A stretch of 64,000 bases of DNA from Candidatus Woesebacteria bacterium (GTDB taxonomy: Bacteria > Patescibacteriota > Microgenomatia > UBA8517). Numbering within the stretch: the first letter of the stretch is position 1; each line of letters begins with the position of its first letter. A program made the position numbers and the translations under genes. The notes below the pieces were generated by a model. The model saw nothing but the letters and a program-made list of their open reading frames with translations, did no database searches and had not been told where the DNA came from. Shown piece by piece: positions 36,749-46,722 of the stretch. Location of the stretch: assembly GCA_013426185.1 (NCBI GenBank), contig CP058602.1, forward strand, positions 399,123 through 463,122, written 5' to 3'.

Positions 36749-36948
36749 TTGCTTCTGACAAATATCTGCTCACCATTCGGCAAAACAATATTCTCCTCTC
36801 CACCTCCAGACACAACAATAGCATCATTTTTACCCTGCGAGACTACATATTTTTTACCACCATCACCCACAAGCTCTACCACACCATCGCCAGCACCTTC
36901 GTTTTTAATTAAATCTCCCAACTGTTGATAAACTTTTCTTTCGGACAT
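36745..36948 (-). CDS. small Gly-rich hypothetical protein
   Basis: 67 aa. Confidence 0.3.
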   Translation of the reverse strand: MSERKVYQQLGDLIKNEGAGDGVVELVGDGGKKYVVSQGKNDAIVVSGGGEENIVLPNGEQIFVRSN

Positions 36949-37031
36949 AAGCAGTGATTTTACTCAAAAAACGGCAAAAAAACAACAAAAATTGCAAAAT
37001 TATGAATTTTTATTTTGAGGTAAAATAAGAT

Positions 37032-37628
37032 ATGCATAAAACCAAAAGTAAAAACAAAGAAAGACAATTGATAATAATTGATCTTGATGATACCTTAATT
37101 GACACTTATTCATTCAAAAATATAATCTTTGACAAGCTTGCCTTAGAGTCAGGCCTTACAAAAAAAGAAATAGAAGAAATTTATCAAGAAATAAAAAGAA
37201 AAGGAAATAAAAACCTTTTATCAACCTTTTGTTTAGAAATTGGTAACAAATCTAATAAAGACAAGAACATTTTTGAGAAGACAATTCTATCAGCCGTAAA
37301 GACCATAAAAATTAACAAAGAGGTTCTTAACTTTGTCAAAAAAACGAAAGGAGACAAAATACTATTAACGCAAGGAGAAACAAAATTCCAAAAAGCAAAA
37401 ATTGAATTTCTAAAAGAGAAAACAAAAATAGACAAAATTTTGAGCGATATAGTTATAACAAAAAATGACAAAGCACAATTTATAAGTTCCAAAATTAAAA
37501 GGAACAAATTCATTTTCAAAGGGAAAAGCTACAACACTATCACTATTTTAGACGACAAACTTGATTTGTTTTATGATTTGAGAATGTATCCTTTTATTGG
37601 ACTAATTCACCCCAAAGAAATTGAGTAG
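37032..37628 (+). CDS. HAD-superfamily hydrolase
   Basis: 198 aa; motif I LIIIDLDDTLIDT, C-terminal ILDDK. Confidence 0.6.
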   Translation: MHKTKSKNKERQLIIIDLDDTLIDTYSFKNIIFDKLALESGLTKKEIEEIYQEIKRKGNKNLLSTFCLEIGNKSNKDKNIFEKTILSAVKTIKINKEVLNFVKKTKGDKILLTQGETKFQKAKIEFLKEKTKIDKILSDIVITKNDKAQFISSKIKRNKFIFKGKSYNTITILDDKLDLFYDLRMYPFIGLIHPKEIE

Positions 37629-37632
37629 GAGT

Positions 37633-38940
37633 TTAATTTTTGAGAGAAGAGATAAAATCTTCAAGATTAACTAACTTTTGATCTCCAGTTTCTAGATCTT
37701 TGACCTTGATAAGACCTTTTTTAATCTCTTCCTCGCCAAACATAACCACCCAAGGAATACCCAAACTATCAGCATATTTAAACTGTTTATCAAGTTTTGA
37801 GGAATCATAATAAACTTCAGCGGCTATTCCTGCCGCTCGGAATTTCTTCGACAAGAGAGAATAATTTGAGGGATCAATTCCAGGAAAATTAACAACCAGA
37901 ACCTTGGAATTGGTCTTAACTTTTTCAACTTTACCTAACTTTTCAAGAGCCGAAAAAAGCCTATCAACACCCACTGAAGTTCCGACAGCTGGCAAATCAA
38001 CTTTGCCGTCTGACAAAAGTGAAATCAATTTATCAAATCTGCCACCACTGCAAACACTGCCTATTTCAGGCAAATCCAAAAGGTAAGTTTCATAAATTAT
38101 GCCCGTATAGTAGTCAAGCCCACGAACAATGGTTGGGTCAAAGACAACTAGATTTTCACCATAGCCTGATTTCTTTAAAATAGAAAACACTTCCCCCAGG
38201 TTAGATATTCCCTCAAGAAGAGCAACACTTGACCCCAAGACTTCTCTTATCTTGTCTATTTTTTCTTCGCTACTGCCACTAATTGACAAAAATTGTAAGA
38301 CTAATTCAGAAACTTTGTCTCCAAATTCAATCTTTATTTCCTCAAGAACTTTGTCTTTTCCTAGCTTACTAGTCTTATCAATTATCAAAAATAATTTCCT
38401 GGAAGCATCGCTATCAAGGCCTAATTTTTCAGATAAAGCATCAAGAATTCTTCTATTGTTAACAGAAATCAAAGCACCAACACCCAAGGCCTGCATGGCA
38501 TCTGCCATCATCATCACAATTTCACTATCAGAAAGTGCGCTTTTGGCACCAACTATATCAGCATCAAATTGCAAAAACTCGCGATACCTACCTGTCTGCG
38601 GGCTTTCGCCACGCCAGACATTACCAACTTGATATCTTTTATAAGGCAAGACTAGATCGTCTTTATATTGCGCCACAACCCGTGCCAAAGGAACAGTTAA
38701 ATCATAACGAAGCGCAACTTTTCTTCCCCCATGATCCTCAAACTGATAAATAAGTTTCTCCCCTTCCTCGCCATATTTACCTGTTAAGGTCTCAAAACGC
38801 TCGATGGCAGGGGTATCAAGTGGGAGAAAGCCATAGCTTTCGTAAACCTTTTTTATAGTTTCAATCATCCTTTGCCGAGGTATAAGCTCTGAGGCAAGAA
38901 AATCACGAAACCCCGACATCGGACCTTTAGTTTTTGCCAT
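37633..38940 (-). CDS. hisS: histidine--tRNA ligase
   Basis: 435 aa; class II motifs (GFRDFLP, RYREF, GGRYD) and a C-terminal anticodon-binding domain. Confidence 0.9.
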   Translation of the reverse strand: MAKTKGPMSGFRDFLASELIPRQRMIETIKKVYESYGFLPLDTPAIERFETLTGKYGEEGEKLIYQFEDHGGRKVALRYDLTVPLARVVAQYKDDLVLPYKRYQVGNVWRGESPQTGRYREFLQFDADIVGAKSALSDSEIVMMMADAMQALGVGALISVNNRRILDALSEKLGLDSDASRKLFLIIDKTSKLGKDKVLEEIKIEFGDKVSELVLQFLSISGSSEEKIDKIREVLGSSVALLEGISNLGEVFSILKKSGYGENLVVFDPTIVRGLDYYTGIIYETYLLDLPEIGSVCSGGRFDKLISLLSDGKVDLPAVGTSVGVDRLFSALEKLGKVEKVKTNSKVLVVNFPGIDPSNYSLLSKKFRAAGIAAEVYYDSSKLDKQFKYADSLGIPWVVMFGEEEIKKGLIKVKDLETGDQKLVNLEDFISSLKN

Positions 38941-39033
38941 ATTCTTAATTATAAAAGACGCGATCGCAAAAAGAAACCGACATAAAGACTTTCAACCAAA
39001 GGGACCACAGCCTGAGAACCAAGAAAAGAATCT

Positions 39034-39759
39034 CTAAGGGCGATAGGGAATACTTACAACCGTGATATTATCCGAACCACCACAAGCATTGGCCATCTCA
39101 ATCAAAGTTTTTACAAAATCACGATTGGAGGAGGATTGCTGATTCACATATAATACATTTCCAATTCCAATCTTTCCGTTGTCAAGATACCTAGTAAACC
39201 CATCCGTTGCCAAAACAAGCTTTTGTCCAGGAGTCAAATTTACCTCTGCAATATTTGGAGTCCGAAGCATCATCGGCTTTCCTCCCGAGCTACCCAAAGC
39301 TTGATTAAGCCTTCCCTTACGATCTTCATCACGGGGCGTGAGTTCTCGGATCTCCCCTTTTCGGGAATCAAGCAGCAAGGCAGAGCTATCACCGACCGAA
39401 AAAATACGAAAATGATTTGGCACTATCTCCTGAGCAACAACAAGTGTTGTAAAACCCTTATCAATTTTAGAATTAATAATCGCGATATCCTCTGGGGTTA
39501 CAACCTTCGACCCCTCCGCAATTTTTCTTAACAAAACAACTGCTGTTCTAGAAGCTATCTCACCATGTTCTTCTCACCCAACGCCATCTGCCACAGCATA
39601 AGTTGGTCGCGGAAGATCAAAGCCTAGCAATATTGCGTCTTCGTTAGATCTCCTTTTCAAACCCCAATTCGTTTCGCCATAAGGTTGATGAGCAGCAAAG
39701 TCTTTTTTCTCTCTACTCCTCCTCCCACCTTCCAGATCAACTCTAACTGCATCTACCAT
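39034..39759 (-). pseudogene. PP2C-family Ser/Thr phosphatase interrupted by an in-frame TGA at 39574-39576
   Basis: N-terminal ORF RRSNEDA...AVADGVG-stop. The same frame continues EEHGEIASRTAV...GGSDNITVVSI. The stop replaces the second Gly of the conserved DGMGG motif. Confidence 0.65.
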
Positions 39760-39793
39760 AATCTACATTATAAATTTTACTTAATTCATCAAG

Positions 39794-40036
39794 TCAATAA
39801 GCCTCTATCTGTTTTGGAGGGCACTTACTATCCGCAAAAGAACAAAAAACACAGCAATCCCCCTTCTTGGGTTTTAACAGCTTACTACAATAAACACACT
39901 TATAAAAATACTGGCAAGAATCAGTGGGCATGGTCAGCACCTGCTTTTCTCCACATTCAGGACAGGTCAAAACAGCTTTCGTCCTAATCTCGCCCATAAA
40001 GCTAGTATACACCCCACCACCGCGATTACAAAACAA
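39794..40036 (-). CDS. small Cys-rich zinc-ribbon protein
   Basis: 80 aa; CPECGEKQ...CVYCS...GDCCVFCS (three Cys pairs). Confidence 0.45.
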   Translation of the reverse strand: MFCNRGGGVYTSFMGEIRTKAVLTCPECGEKQVLTMPTDSCQYFYKCVYCSKLLKPKKGDCCVFCSFADSKCPPKQIEAY

Positions 40037-40168
40037 GCCAATATCCTAGCCACTGACAGAGGCGCATTTTGCTCGGTTGCGCTAGGAACGAACCCTACTC
40101 AGCCATAATCAGAGTAAAATCACAAGGTTCTAGCTTGTCGAATGGCTTGCACTGAGCTTGCCGAAGTG

Positions 40169-40239
40169 CTGCCCAGCAGGGATTCGAACCCCAATTTTCG
40201 CGTCCAGAGCGCGACGTCCTACCATTAGACGACCGGGCA
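40169..40239 (-). tRNA. tRNA-Gln (anticodon CUG)
   Basis: 71 nt. U1-A72 acceptor pair with G73 discriminator (tRNA-Gln identity set). D-arm GTCT/GGAC, anticodon loop CUCUGGA, T-arm TGGGG-TTCGAAT-CCCTG. No encoded CCA. Confidence 0.75.
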
Positions 40240-40500
40240 AAGTTTTAAAGAATCTCTAAGCATTAGCTTCAGAGCTTTCTTGCCTTTTGCTGTTTTAAGA
40301 TATTTTTCTCTCCTTTGTGCATCTTCTTTGCTCAAATATGCTTCGTAAAACACCAACCTTAGACCTTTTCTATTTTTTGTCAACTTCACCCCACCACTTT
40401 TATGCTTCCTAATTCTTTGTCTCAAATCCCCAGAATAACCTATATAAAAACGCCGACCATCAAACAAGACATAAACATAGTAGAATTCTCTAAGCACCAA
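40225..40500 (-). CDS. GIY-YIG nuclease family protein (small, YhbQ/UPF0213-like)
   Basis: 91 aa; YVYVL...GRRFYIGYSGDLRQRIRKH GIY-YIG core. The 3' end overlaps tRNA-Gln by ~15 nt. Confidence 0.7.
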   Translation of the reverse strand: MVLREFYYVYVLFDGRRFYIGYSGDLRQRIRKHKSGGVKLTKNRKGLRLVFYEAYLSKEDAQRREKYLKTAKGKKALKLMLRDSLKLCPVV

Positions 40501-40578
40501 TATATATTATAGCGTCCACCCCAAACCAGAATAAATTCGGTTTAGGGTGCCATGAATCAAACGTTGTTTTGGTTCATG

Positions 40579-40642
40579 GCAGAGCGCGACGTCCTACCAT
40601 GTCGTCGCTTCGCTCCTTTTGCTTCGCACAGACGACCGGGCA
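40579..40642 (-). pseudogene. tRNA-Gln 5'-half pseudo-copy with a 29-nt insertion in the D-loop
   Basis: TTGCCCGGTCGTCT-[29 nt]-ATGGTAGGACGTCGCGCTCTG matches tRNA-Gln positions 1-36. It then diverges into a hairpin ccatgaa...ttcatgg. Confidence 0.6.
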
Positions 40643-40649
40643 ACGATAA

Positions 40650-41060
40650 ACAGGTAAAAGGCAAGAGTTAAAAGTTAAAAGAATTCGGATTTCAGCCATC
40701 GGCTGTCAGCTGTCAGTTCCGAGTCCTATCTTAATTCATAAATCAAAAATCAATATTCTATGATTAAAAATAAAAGAGCAATAGAAATCAAATAAAACTA
40801 TTTAATTTTAGCACAAATCAGATTCAAAATCGATAAAAAATAGAGCTTAGGCTTGATAGCAAAAAACAACAACCAACATTCAACAACCAACAATCGAAAA
40901 CTGCCACAGGACTTACAAAATCCTCAGCTCCGATACTGTAGTAAATTCAGATATAAACAGAGGCAGATCAAAAGATAAGTTGTTTCTTTAGAAATTCAAT
41001 AGTATTGGAACAGTTCTCTACTCTCGTACTTAAAAATCCATATTAAAAATAAAATAAAAT
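40650..41060. repeat. AT-rich low-complexity non-coding spacer
   Basis: No ORF. Contains cagccatcggctgtcagctgtcag (related to the catcggctatcgg units at 23565-23620) and caacaaccaaca-type runs. Confidence 0.6.
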
Positions 41061-42629
41061 TTAAGAGACAATCTCTTCTTTCTTCGCTTTAATAAAATGA
41101 ATCCATTCTTCAACAACCTCAAGAAAAACTTTAAGTGGCGCCTCGATAATAAAATCAAGAATAAAACTTAAGACATTAATACTTGCAATTTTTGATGATA
41201 GCCATTGCCCTACTTTAATAACAGGCAAGAAAATAAAATCTTTAAAAGAAGAAAGCAAAGATTCTCTGTCATCCTTCTCTAAACTAAAATCCTTGGCAAT
41301 GCCGCGCACACGATAAGCAAAAAATGAAACCACCGACAAGAAAAACAAAAATATAATTTGACTAACAGGGTTAAAACCAAGTTTTGTCAAAATCCAAATC
41401 ACCCCGCCAAAAGTAATGCCAAACATCACAAGATAAAAAATGCCAAAAATCTCACTTATTTTTTGACCTTTAGAAAGTGAAGAGATAATTTTTACTTCAG
41501 GTTTATCTTGAGAATAAAAATAATCATTAATCACTTCTACCATCCTTTCGGTATTTTCCTCATCGGGTAAATCTATATCAAGATTGAGAAGGAACATCAA
41601 AAGAGGTGGAAAAGAAAGATTAATTCCAAGCGCTAGATAATTCACCTTCCCAAAGATAATGTCTATTGGCAGCTCAAGCAAAATCCCAATCACCATTTTG
41701 GTCAAAAAAATATAAACAATGCTTCTTAAAGAAGCGCGTGAGAGCTTGTCTTTTGTTTCGCGATAAAGATCTTCAAGAAGAGATCTAACGGTCTCCTCTA
41801 GCCTATCTTTATTTGAGACCAAATCAACAAAATCTTGTTGATAAGTATTCACCATTTCGCGAATAATATTAAAAGGGGGCGAAAGAAAAACAACTTCTCT
41901 TTTTAGGACAGAAGCAAGCGGATAATTAAGCTGAGATTCAATATACGAAAGATTTTGAAAGAAATCGCCTCTTAATTTTTCAGCGTCAGCTTGATTATTA
42001 AACCAGGCAGGAAAGAGCGTCTTTAATAACTTATACGCTATCAAGCCGTCACTGTTTTTACCAAATCCGCGCTCAACAGCAATGTAAATTTGAATCGATT
42101 TTGTTTTGGAATCAGCTTCATCAAAATCAAGTCTTCTAGAAAGCGTTTCAAAAACATAATTGATAATAACCTGCGGCAGAGGATCAAAAGCAAGCTTTTC
42201 TTCTATCTCACAAGAGGCAATCTCCAAAACTCTCTTTGACAAGCCGTTGACACCCTCGGCTCCCGAAAGCAAGGACCTGTATTTCTCAATTATCACAGCT
42301 ATTTCCTCAACTAACCCTGCAGATACAGATTCGGGCTTTAAATACCTTGCCCAAAGAAGCTCTTTTACAAGAAGACGGGCTAACTTTTCGCTTTTCTGGT
42401 TTAAAAAAAGACGCCTTTTCAAAATTCTTTCGATTGCCGCCTGACGAATCAGATGCTCCGCTCTAAACTCGACTGCATTCCTTGCCGACTCATAAATTAC
42501 CGCCAAAGTAGAAGCAGTTTTACTAATTGCAAGCGGTTCCTCAACTTTCTTCTGGGAAAGCTTTAGTTTAAAAGCTAAAGAAAGTTCTTTTTTAAATTCT
42601 TCTGTTTGTAAGTTAAGCCCGTCTCTCAT
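41061..42629 (-). CDS. hypothetical protein with C-terminal TM helices
   Basis: 522 aa, helical N-terminal domain, 3-4 C-terminal TM helices. Confidence 0.5.
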   Translation of the reverse strand: MRDGLNLQTEEFKKELSLAFKLKLSQKKVEEPLAISKTASTLAVIYESARNAVEFRAEHLIRQAAIERILKRRLFLNQKSEKLARLLVKELLWARYLKPESVSAGLVEEIAVIIEKYRSLLSGAEGVNGLSKRVLEIASCEIEEKLAFDPLPQVIINYVFETLSRRLDFDEADSKTKSIQIYIAVERGFGKNSDGLIAYKLLKTLFPAWFNNQADAEKLRGDFFQNLSYIESQLNYPLASVLKREVVFLSPPFNIIREMVNTYQQDFVDLVSNKDRLEETVRSLLEDLYRETKDKLSRASLRSIVYIFLTKMVIGILLELPIDIIFGKVNYLALGINLSFPPLLMFLLNLDIDLPDEENTERMVEVINDYFYSQDKPEVKIISSLSKGQKISEIFGIFYLVMFGITFGGVIWILTKLGFNPVSQIIFLFFLSVVSFFAYRVRGIAKDFSLEKDDRESLLSSFKDFIFLPVIKVGQWLSSKIASINVLSFILDFIIEAPLKVFLEVVEEWIHFIKAKKEEIVS

Positions 42630-42660
42630 CTTTGAGGAATTTTACACCTAAAAGCAGTTA

Positions 42661-42975
42661 TTAAAAAGATGATAGACTGTTTCTTAATTTCTTCAAGATT
42701 AATGAGAAAAGCGAAGGCGCTCTTTTTTCCTGTTGCCTTTTGGTCCAAACCGAAATTACCACCCACCTTTTGTCTTTCTCTTTTGCCACAATCTCAACTC
42801 TCAAATTACCATATAAACGCCAGTAGATGTAGGCTCCTTTTGAAAAAGCATAGCGGCTACCTGAGGGATTATGCCAAACAGCCCAAATATCAGAAATTTT
42901 AAGACCGCGCTCTCTTGCTCTTTCTAAAGCATGATTCGTAAAGTAAAGTCCTTTAAAACTTTTTGTGCTCACCAT
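42661..42975 (-). CDS. DUF4258-family protein (putative toxin-like)
   Basis: 104 aa; HALERARERGL resembles the DUF4258 HA..R..ERGI motif. Confidence 0.45.
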   Translation of the reverse strand: MVSTKSFKGLYFTNHALERARERGLKISDIWAVWHNPSGSRYAFSKGAYIYWRLYGNLRVEIVAKEKDKRWVVISVWTKRQQEKRAPSLFSLILKKLRNSLSSF

Positions 42976-43294
42976 AAGTGGAAACTAACCCAGTTATCTC
43001 AAGGGTCAAAATAAGAACAGCTTCCTTTACAATCTTAATAATATCTTCCTCAGCTTTTGATTTGAGAAAATCAATTATTTTTTCATCAGCAGGATTTTTT
43101 GCAACAAGCGAGGCAAATTCGGCATGATGCTCCTTGGGTAAAACTTTCAAAATCGAAGACAAAACACGATAATGAATCAGCTCATCAATAAGTAGTGCAA
43201 GTTCCGAAAATTCATCATTATCTCTTACTATTTTCTTTAGTTTTTTTTCTATCTTTTCTAACTTTAGAAAACGATCGTAAAAAACAGTACTCAT
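42953..43294 (-). CDS. hypothetical protein, overlapping upstream partner of the DUF4258 gene
   Basis: 113 aa helical protein. 23-nt overlap with the downstream gene (TA-like organisation). Confidence 0.4.
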   Translation of the reverse strand: MSTVFYDRFLKLEKIEKKLKKIVRDNDEFSELALLIDELIHYRVLSSILKVLPKEHHAEFASLVAKNPADEKIIDFLKSKAEEDIIKIVKEAVLILTLEITGLVSTYGEHKKF

Positions 43295-43298
43295 ATTT

Positions 43299-44276
43299 TT
43301 AAGCTTTAACTAAATTTTTAGCCTCAAGATCAATCTTGTCATATTCAACAGGTCCCAAAGGCACCTCACCTTCTGACTCATCAATAAAAAAAAGAAGAAC
43401 AGGCCCCTTTTTGTAAGAAGGCCCACCCAGATAATTCATAACTTCAGGGCTCCCACCAAAATGCTTACCTGTCCAAGCAGCAGGTCCTGAATCAGCAATT
43501 GAGGCAACAACGGCTCTCCCATTTTCTGTATTTACAATTAAAACCTTGCGATATTTATACCAATTCTTAAGAAAAGGTTGATTAGTGTTCCAGTCAGGTA
43601 GATAAAGAGTTTGGACCACTGCATACCACCTTTCTATATTTTCGATTTCAGGAGTCATTTTTTGAGAAGACGGAGCAAAATAACCCCAAGCACCAAGTCC
43701 GGGTGCCATTCCCTCTTTCAAAACCAAGCGGTCATCTGTATGTTTTTCAAGAGTATCGCCTGGATATCTTCTTAAATGCTGCTCAATACCAATAATTCCA
43801 TAAGTAGTATTCAAGTGTTGGCCATCAAGAGTTGCTTTGGCTTTAATTCCAAGAACCTGGCCAAAAAGCTTCTCCAATAAACTTTCTTCCTGAGGCATAA
43901 GCGGTCTTACCTTTTTGGGCAAAATTGAATCTAGATTTGAAACAAGAATATTTCTTAAATTGACAGCGTTATCCAAACCATTATCCTTAAATCTTTCAAT
44001 AGACATTGACGGCAAGGCCGCTATCTTACCGTCAGGGACAGAAAAAAGTAGCGTTCCTGCCAAGAGCCCACCTGAAATAATCTTTGAAGAATGCTCTCTT
44101 ATTTTCCCTAAATTTATTCCTTTTTCAGAAAGCAAAGACCAAAATTCAGGATATTTTTCTTTAAGGTTCTTTTCAGCCTCAAAACTTTTTAGTTTTAACT
44201 TGTTACGATAAAATTCTCCGTCAACTTTATCTTTATAAGTTTTATGATAAGTCTGTGTAGGAAGTTTTCCTCCCAT
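43299..44276 (-). CDS. hypothetical protein (one TM helix)
   Basis: 325 aa. Confidence 0.5.
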   Translation of the reverse strand: MGGKLPTQTYHKTYKDKVDGEFYRNKLKLKSFEAEKNLKEKYPEFWSLLSEKGINLGKIREHSSKIISGGLLAGTLLFSVPDGKIAALPSMSIERFKDNGLDNAVNLRNILVSNLDSILPKKVRPLMPQEESLLEKLFGQVLGIKAKATLDGQHLNTTYGIIGIEQHLRRYPGDTLEKHTDDRLVLKEGMAPGLGAWGYFAPSSQKMTPEIENIERWYAVVQTLYLPDWNTNQPFLKNWYKYRKVLIVNTENGRAVVASIADSGPAAWTGKHFGGSPEVMNYLGGPSYKKGPVLLFFIDESEGEVPLGPVEYDKIDLEAKNLVKA

Positions 44277-44278
44277 AG

Positions 44279-45625
44279 TTAAAGCAAAGCGCTTATTCTT
44301 TTCAAAGCCTCATCCCTTCCAAGAATTATTATAGACTCGTTAATTGGAGGAGTAATCCTCTTGCCTGTTATCGCCAACCTTAAATCCATAAAGAAATCGC
44401 CTGTCTTAAAACCTTTTTCCTGAATTTTATCCATCAAAGCCTCATTTAATGAATCAAGATTCCAAGGAACACTTTTTATAGCCTCAAGACAAGTTGAAAG
44501 ATGTTCTTTGTAATTATTACCAAGAAGAGAGACATCTACACCAGGCCTTTCGAAAAAGAATCCCGCCAAAGTCTCAAACTCTCTTAATGTCTTAATTCTT
44601 TCTTTAATCAGAGGAACCACTTTCAATATCTCATCTAGCTCGTACTTATCACGAAAAAGGCTAACTATACGAGATGCCAAATCTTTATCTGATAATTGCC
44701 TGATATACTCACCATTAAACCAATCAAGCTTGTCTCTGTTAAATATGGGATTATTCTTTTGAAAACCAGCAGGGTCAAAGACACTTACAAAATCAGAGAG
44801 GGTAAAAAGCTCACGGTTATCCTTCGGCGCCCAACCTAAAAGCATTACAAAATTAAGAAGAGCTTCGGGCAAATAGCCATCATTAAGCAGAGCCTCACAG
44901 GAAACAGATCCTTTTCTCTTTGACAACTTTCCGCCTTCAGGATCCAAAATATCTGTCAGATGCCCAATTGCAGGCATCTTGTAACCTAAGTATTCATAAA
45001 CCAGAAGATGAATAGGTGTTGAAGGCAACCAATCATGACCTCTTAAAACATGAGACACCTCCATCAGATAATCATCAACCACGACTGCCAAGTGATAAGT
45101 AGGAAAACCATCTGACTTTAAAAGTGTTGTGTCTGCCACGCTTGAAGTGTTCCAGCTAATCTTTTTGTTTAAAACAAAATCGTTAAAAGAAACTATTTTA
45201 TTTTCAGGGACTTTGAGCTTGATAGCGCCTGTCTTAAGATTTAAGTCTCGGCAAGGGTCGCGCAGCACTTTACCAGAACTTTCGGTTTTGGGATTTCGGG
45301 GAGGACATTGGCAATAAAAAGCATAACCCTTTTTCACTAAAGACAAAGCTGCGTCCTGATAGATTCCTGTTTTAACTCTTTCTGATTGAACATAATATTC
45401 ATCCCACTTAAGACCAAAAGTTTCCAAGAGCTCAAGAATTTTTTCTTTTGATCCTTTTATTTCTCTTTTTTGGTCCGTATCTTCAATTCTTAAAATAAAA
45501 TCACCACCATAATGTTTTGCCAAAGCATAAGAATAAAGAGCTGTTCGCAAACCTCCTATATGCAAATCCCCAGTAGGGCTTGGGGCAAAACGGGTTCTAA
45601 TCTTTGACTTTCTTTTGTCAGGCAT
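44279..45625 (-). CDS. gltX: glutamate--tRNA ligase
   Basis: 448 aa; RFAPSPTGDLHIGG (HIGH) and KLSKR (KMSKS). Confidence 0.9.
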   Translation of the reverse strand: MPDKRKSKIRTRFAPSPTGDLHIGGLRTALYSYALAKHYGGDFILRIEDTDQKREIKGSKEKILELLETFGLKWDEYYVQSERVKTGIYQDAALSLVKKGYAFYCQCPPRNPKTESSGKVLRDPCRDLNLKTGAIKLKVPENKIVSFNDFVLNKKISWNTSSVADTTLLKSDGFPTYHLAVVVDDYLMEVSHVLRGHDWLPSTPIHLLVYEYLGYKMPAIGHLTDILDPEGGKLSKRKGSVSCEALLNDGYLPEALLNFVMLLGWAPKDNRELFTLSDFVSVFDPAGFQKNNPIFNRDKLDWFNGEYIRQLSDKDLASRIVSLFRDKYELDEILKVVPLIKERIKTLREFETLAGFFFERPGVDVSLLGNNYKEHLSTCLEAIKSVPWNLDSLNEALMDKIQEKGFKTGDFFMDLRLAITGKRITPPINESIIILGRDEALKRISALL

Positions 45626-46722
45626 TACAATTGAATTATACCCTCTCTTCAGGCTATACTCAAAAGGGGATTTTTATGACAAGACTTACACAAGTTTCAA
45701 TAATTACAAGAAAGATAATTCGTTATACCTTTTTCGGTATTATTGGCATCATACTTTTGCGCGGTGCTTTCCTTACTGCCTATAAAATCTACAGGCACTA
45801 TTTTCCAGCTCCTCCACCGCCACCCACTGTCTCCTTTGGCAAACTGCCAGCTTTACCCTTTCCTCAAAAAGACAATCCAACCAACTTGCAATTTCGTCTT
45901 GAGACACCAACTGGCAGCTTGCCTCAATTTCCATACACTGTAAAGATTTTCTTTATGCCCAAAGTCTTTCCGACACTTTTGTCTCTTGATGAAACGAAAA
46001 GAAAAGCTCTCAGCCTCAACTTCGATGGTGAATCTTCTCAGATAACTGAAACGGTTTACTCTTTCAAAAACTCAAAAGTGCCTTCGGAATTAAAGATTAG
46101 TATAGCCACAGGAGTTTTTTCAATCAGCTATAATTTGGCCGAAGATCCATCACCTCTAGACAAAAGGCCTCCGGTCCCTGAAATAGCTGCAACCAAGGCT
46201 AGATCCTTTCTCTCAAGGGCCAATCTTTTAGCAAAAGACCTAAACGGGCCTACAATTACCGAACCCGTTGTGCTTGAGGGAACAAAGATTATTGGCGCAA
46301 AGTCTCTATCTGACGCAAATTTCGTCAAGGTTAATTTCTTCAGGAAAGACTACGACAACTACCCAAGTGTCACTCCTGATCCAAAAGAAGCTAATGTGTG
46401 GCTGATTGTAAGCGGCGACCCTCAACGCGAGAAAGAAATCGTGGGCGCTGAATATCATTATTTTCCAGTTGATGAAACCAAATTCGCCACCTACCCTGTC
46501 AAAACTGCTCAAGAAGCATGGCAAGAATTGCAAGCTAACAAAGCTTTTATTGCCAGTCTCGGTGAAAATCAAGACAAAGAAATTACAATAAGAAGAATTT
46601 ATCTTGCCTATTATGATGCTGGAGTCCAAACAGATTTTTACCAACCAGTAGTTGTCTTTGAAGGAGACAGAAACTTTAAAGCTTATCTCCCTGCTGTCAC
46701 TAGTGACTATTACGGGCAATAA
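45604..46722 (+). CDS. hypothetical membrane-anchored/secreted protein
   Basis: 372 aa. Probable start at MTRLTQ, one TM helix, PPPPP linker. Confidence 0.5.
   Translation: MTFFCQALQLNYTLSSGYTQKGIFMTRLTQVSIITRKIIRYTFFGIIGIILLRGAFLTAYKIYRHYFPAPPPPPTVSFGKLPALPFPQKDNPTNLQFRLETPTGSLPQFPYTVKIFFMPKVFPTLLSLDETKRKALSLNFDGESSQITETVYSFKNSKVPSELKISIATGVFSISYNLAEDPSPLDKRPPVPEIAATKARSFLSRANLLAKDLNGPTITEPVVLEGTKIIGAKSLSDANFVKVNFFRKDYDNYPSVTPDPKEANVWLIVSGDPQREKEIVGAEYHYFPVDETKFATYPVKTAQEAWQELQANKAFIASLGENQDKEITIRRIYLAYYDAGVQTDFYQPVVVFEGDRNFKAYLPAVTSDYYGQ

Noticed and set aside
39574-39576. Genome-wide TGA-to-Gly recoding (code 25) as explanation for the PP2C in-frame TGA
   Set aside because: secA and many other genes terminate with TGA directly after conserved C-termini, and long ORFs show no other internal TGA. 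A single nonsense mutation or sequencing error is more parsimonious. Kept as a finding because it is checkable.
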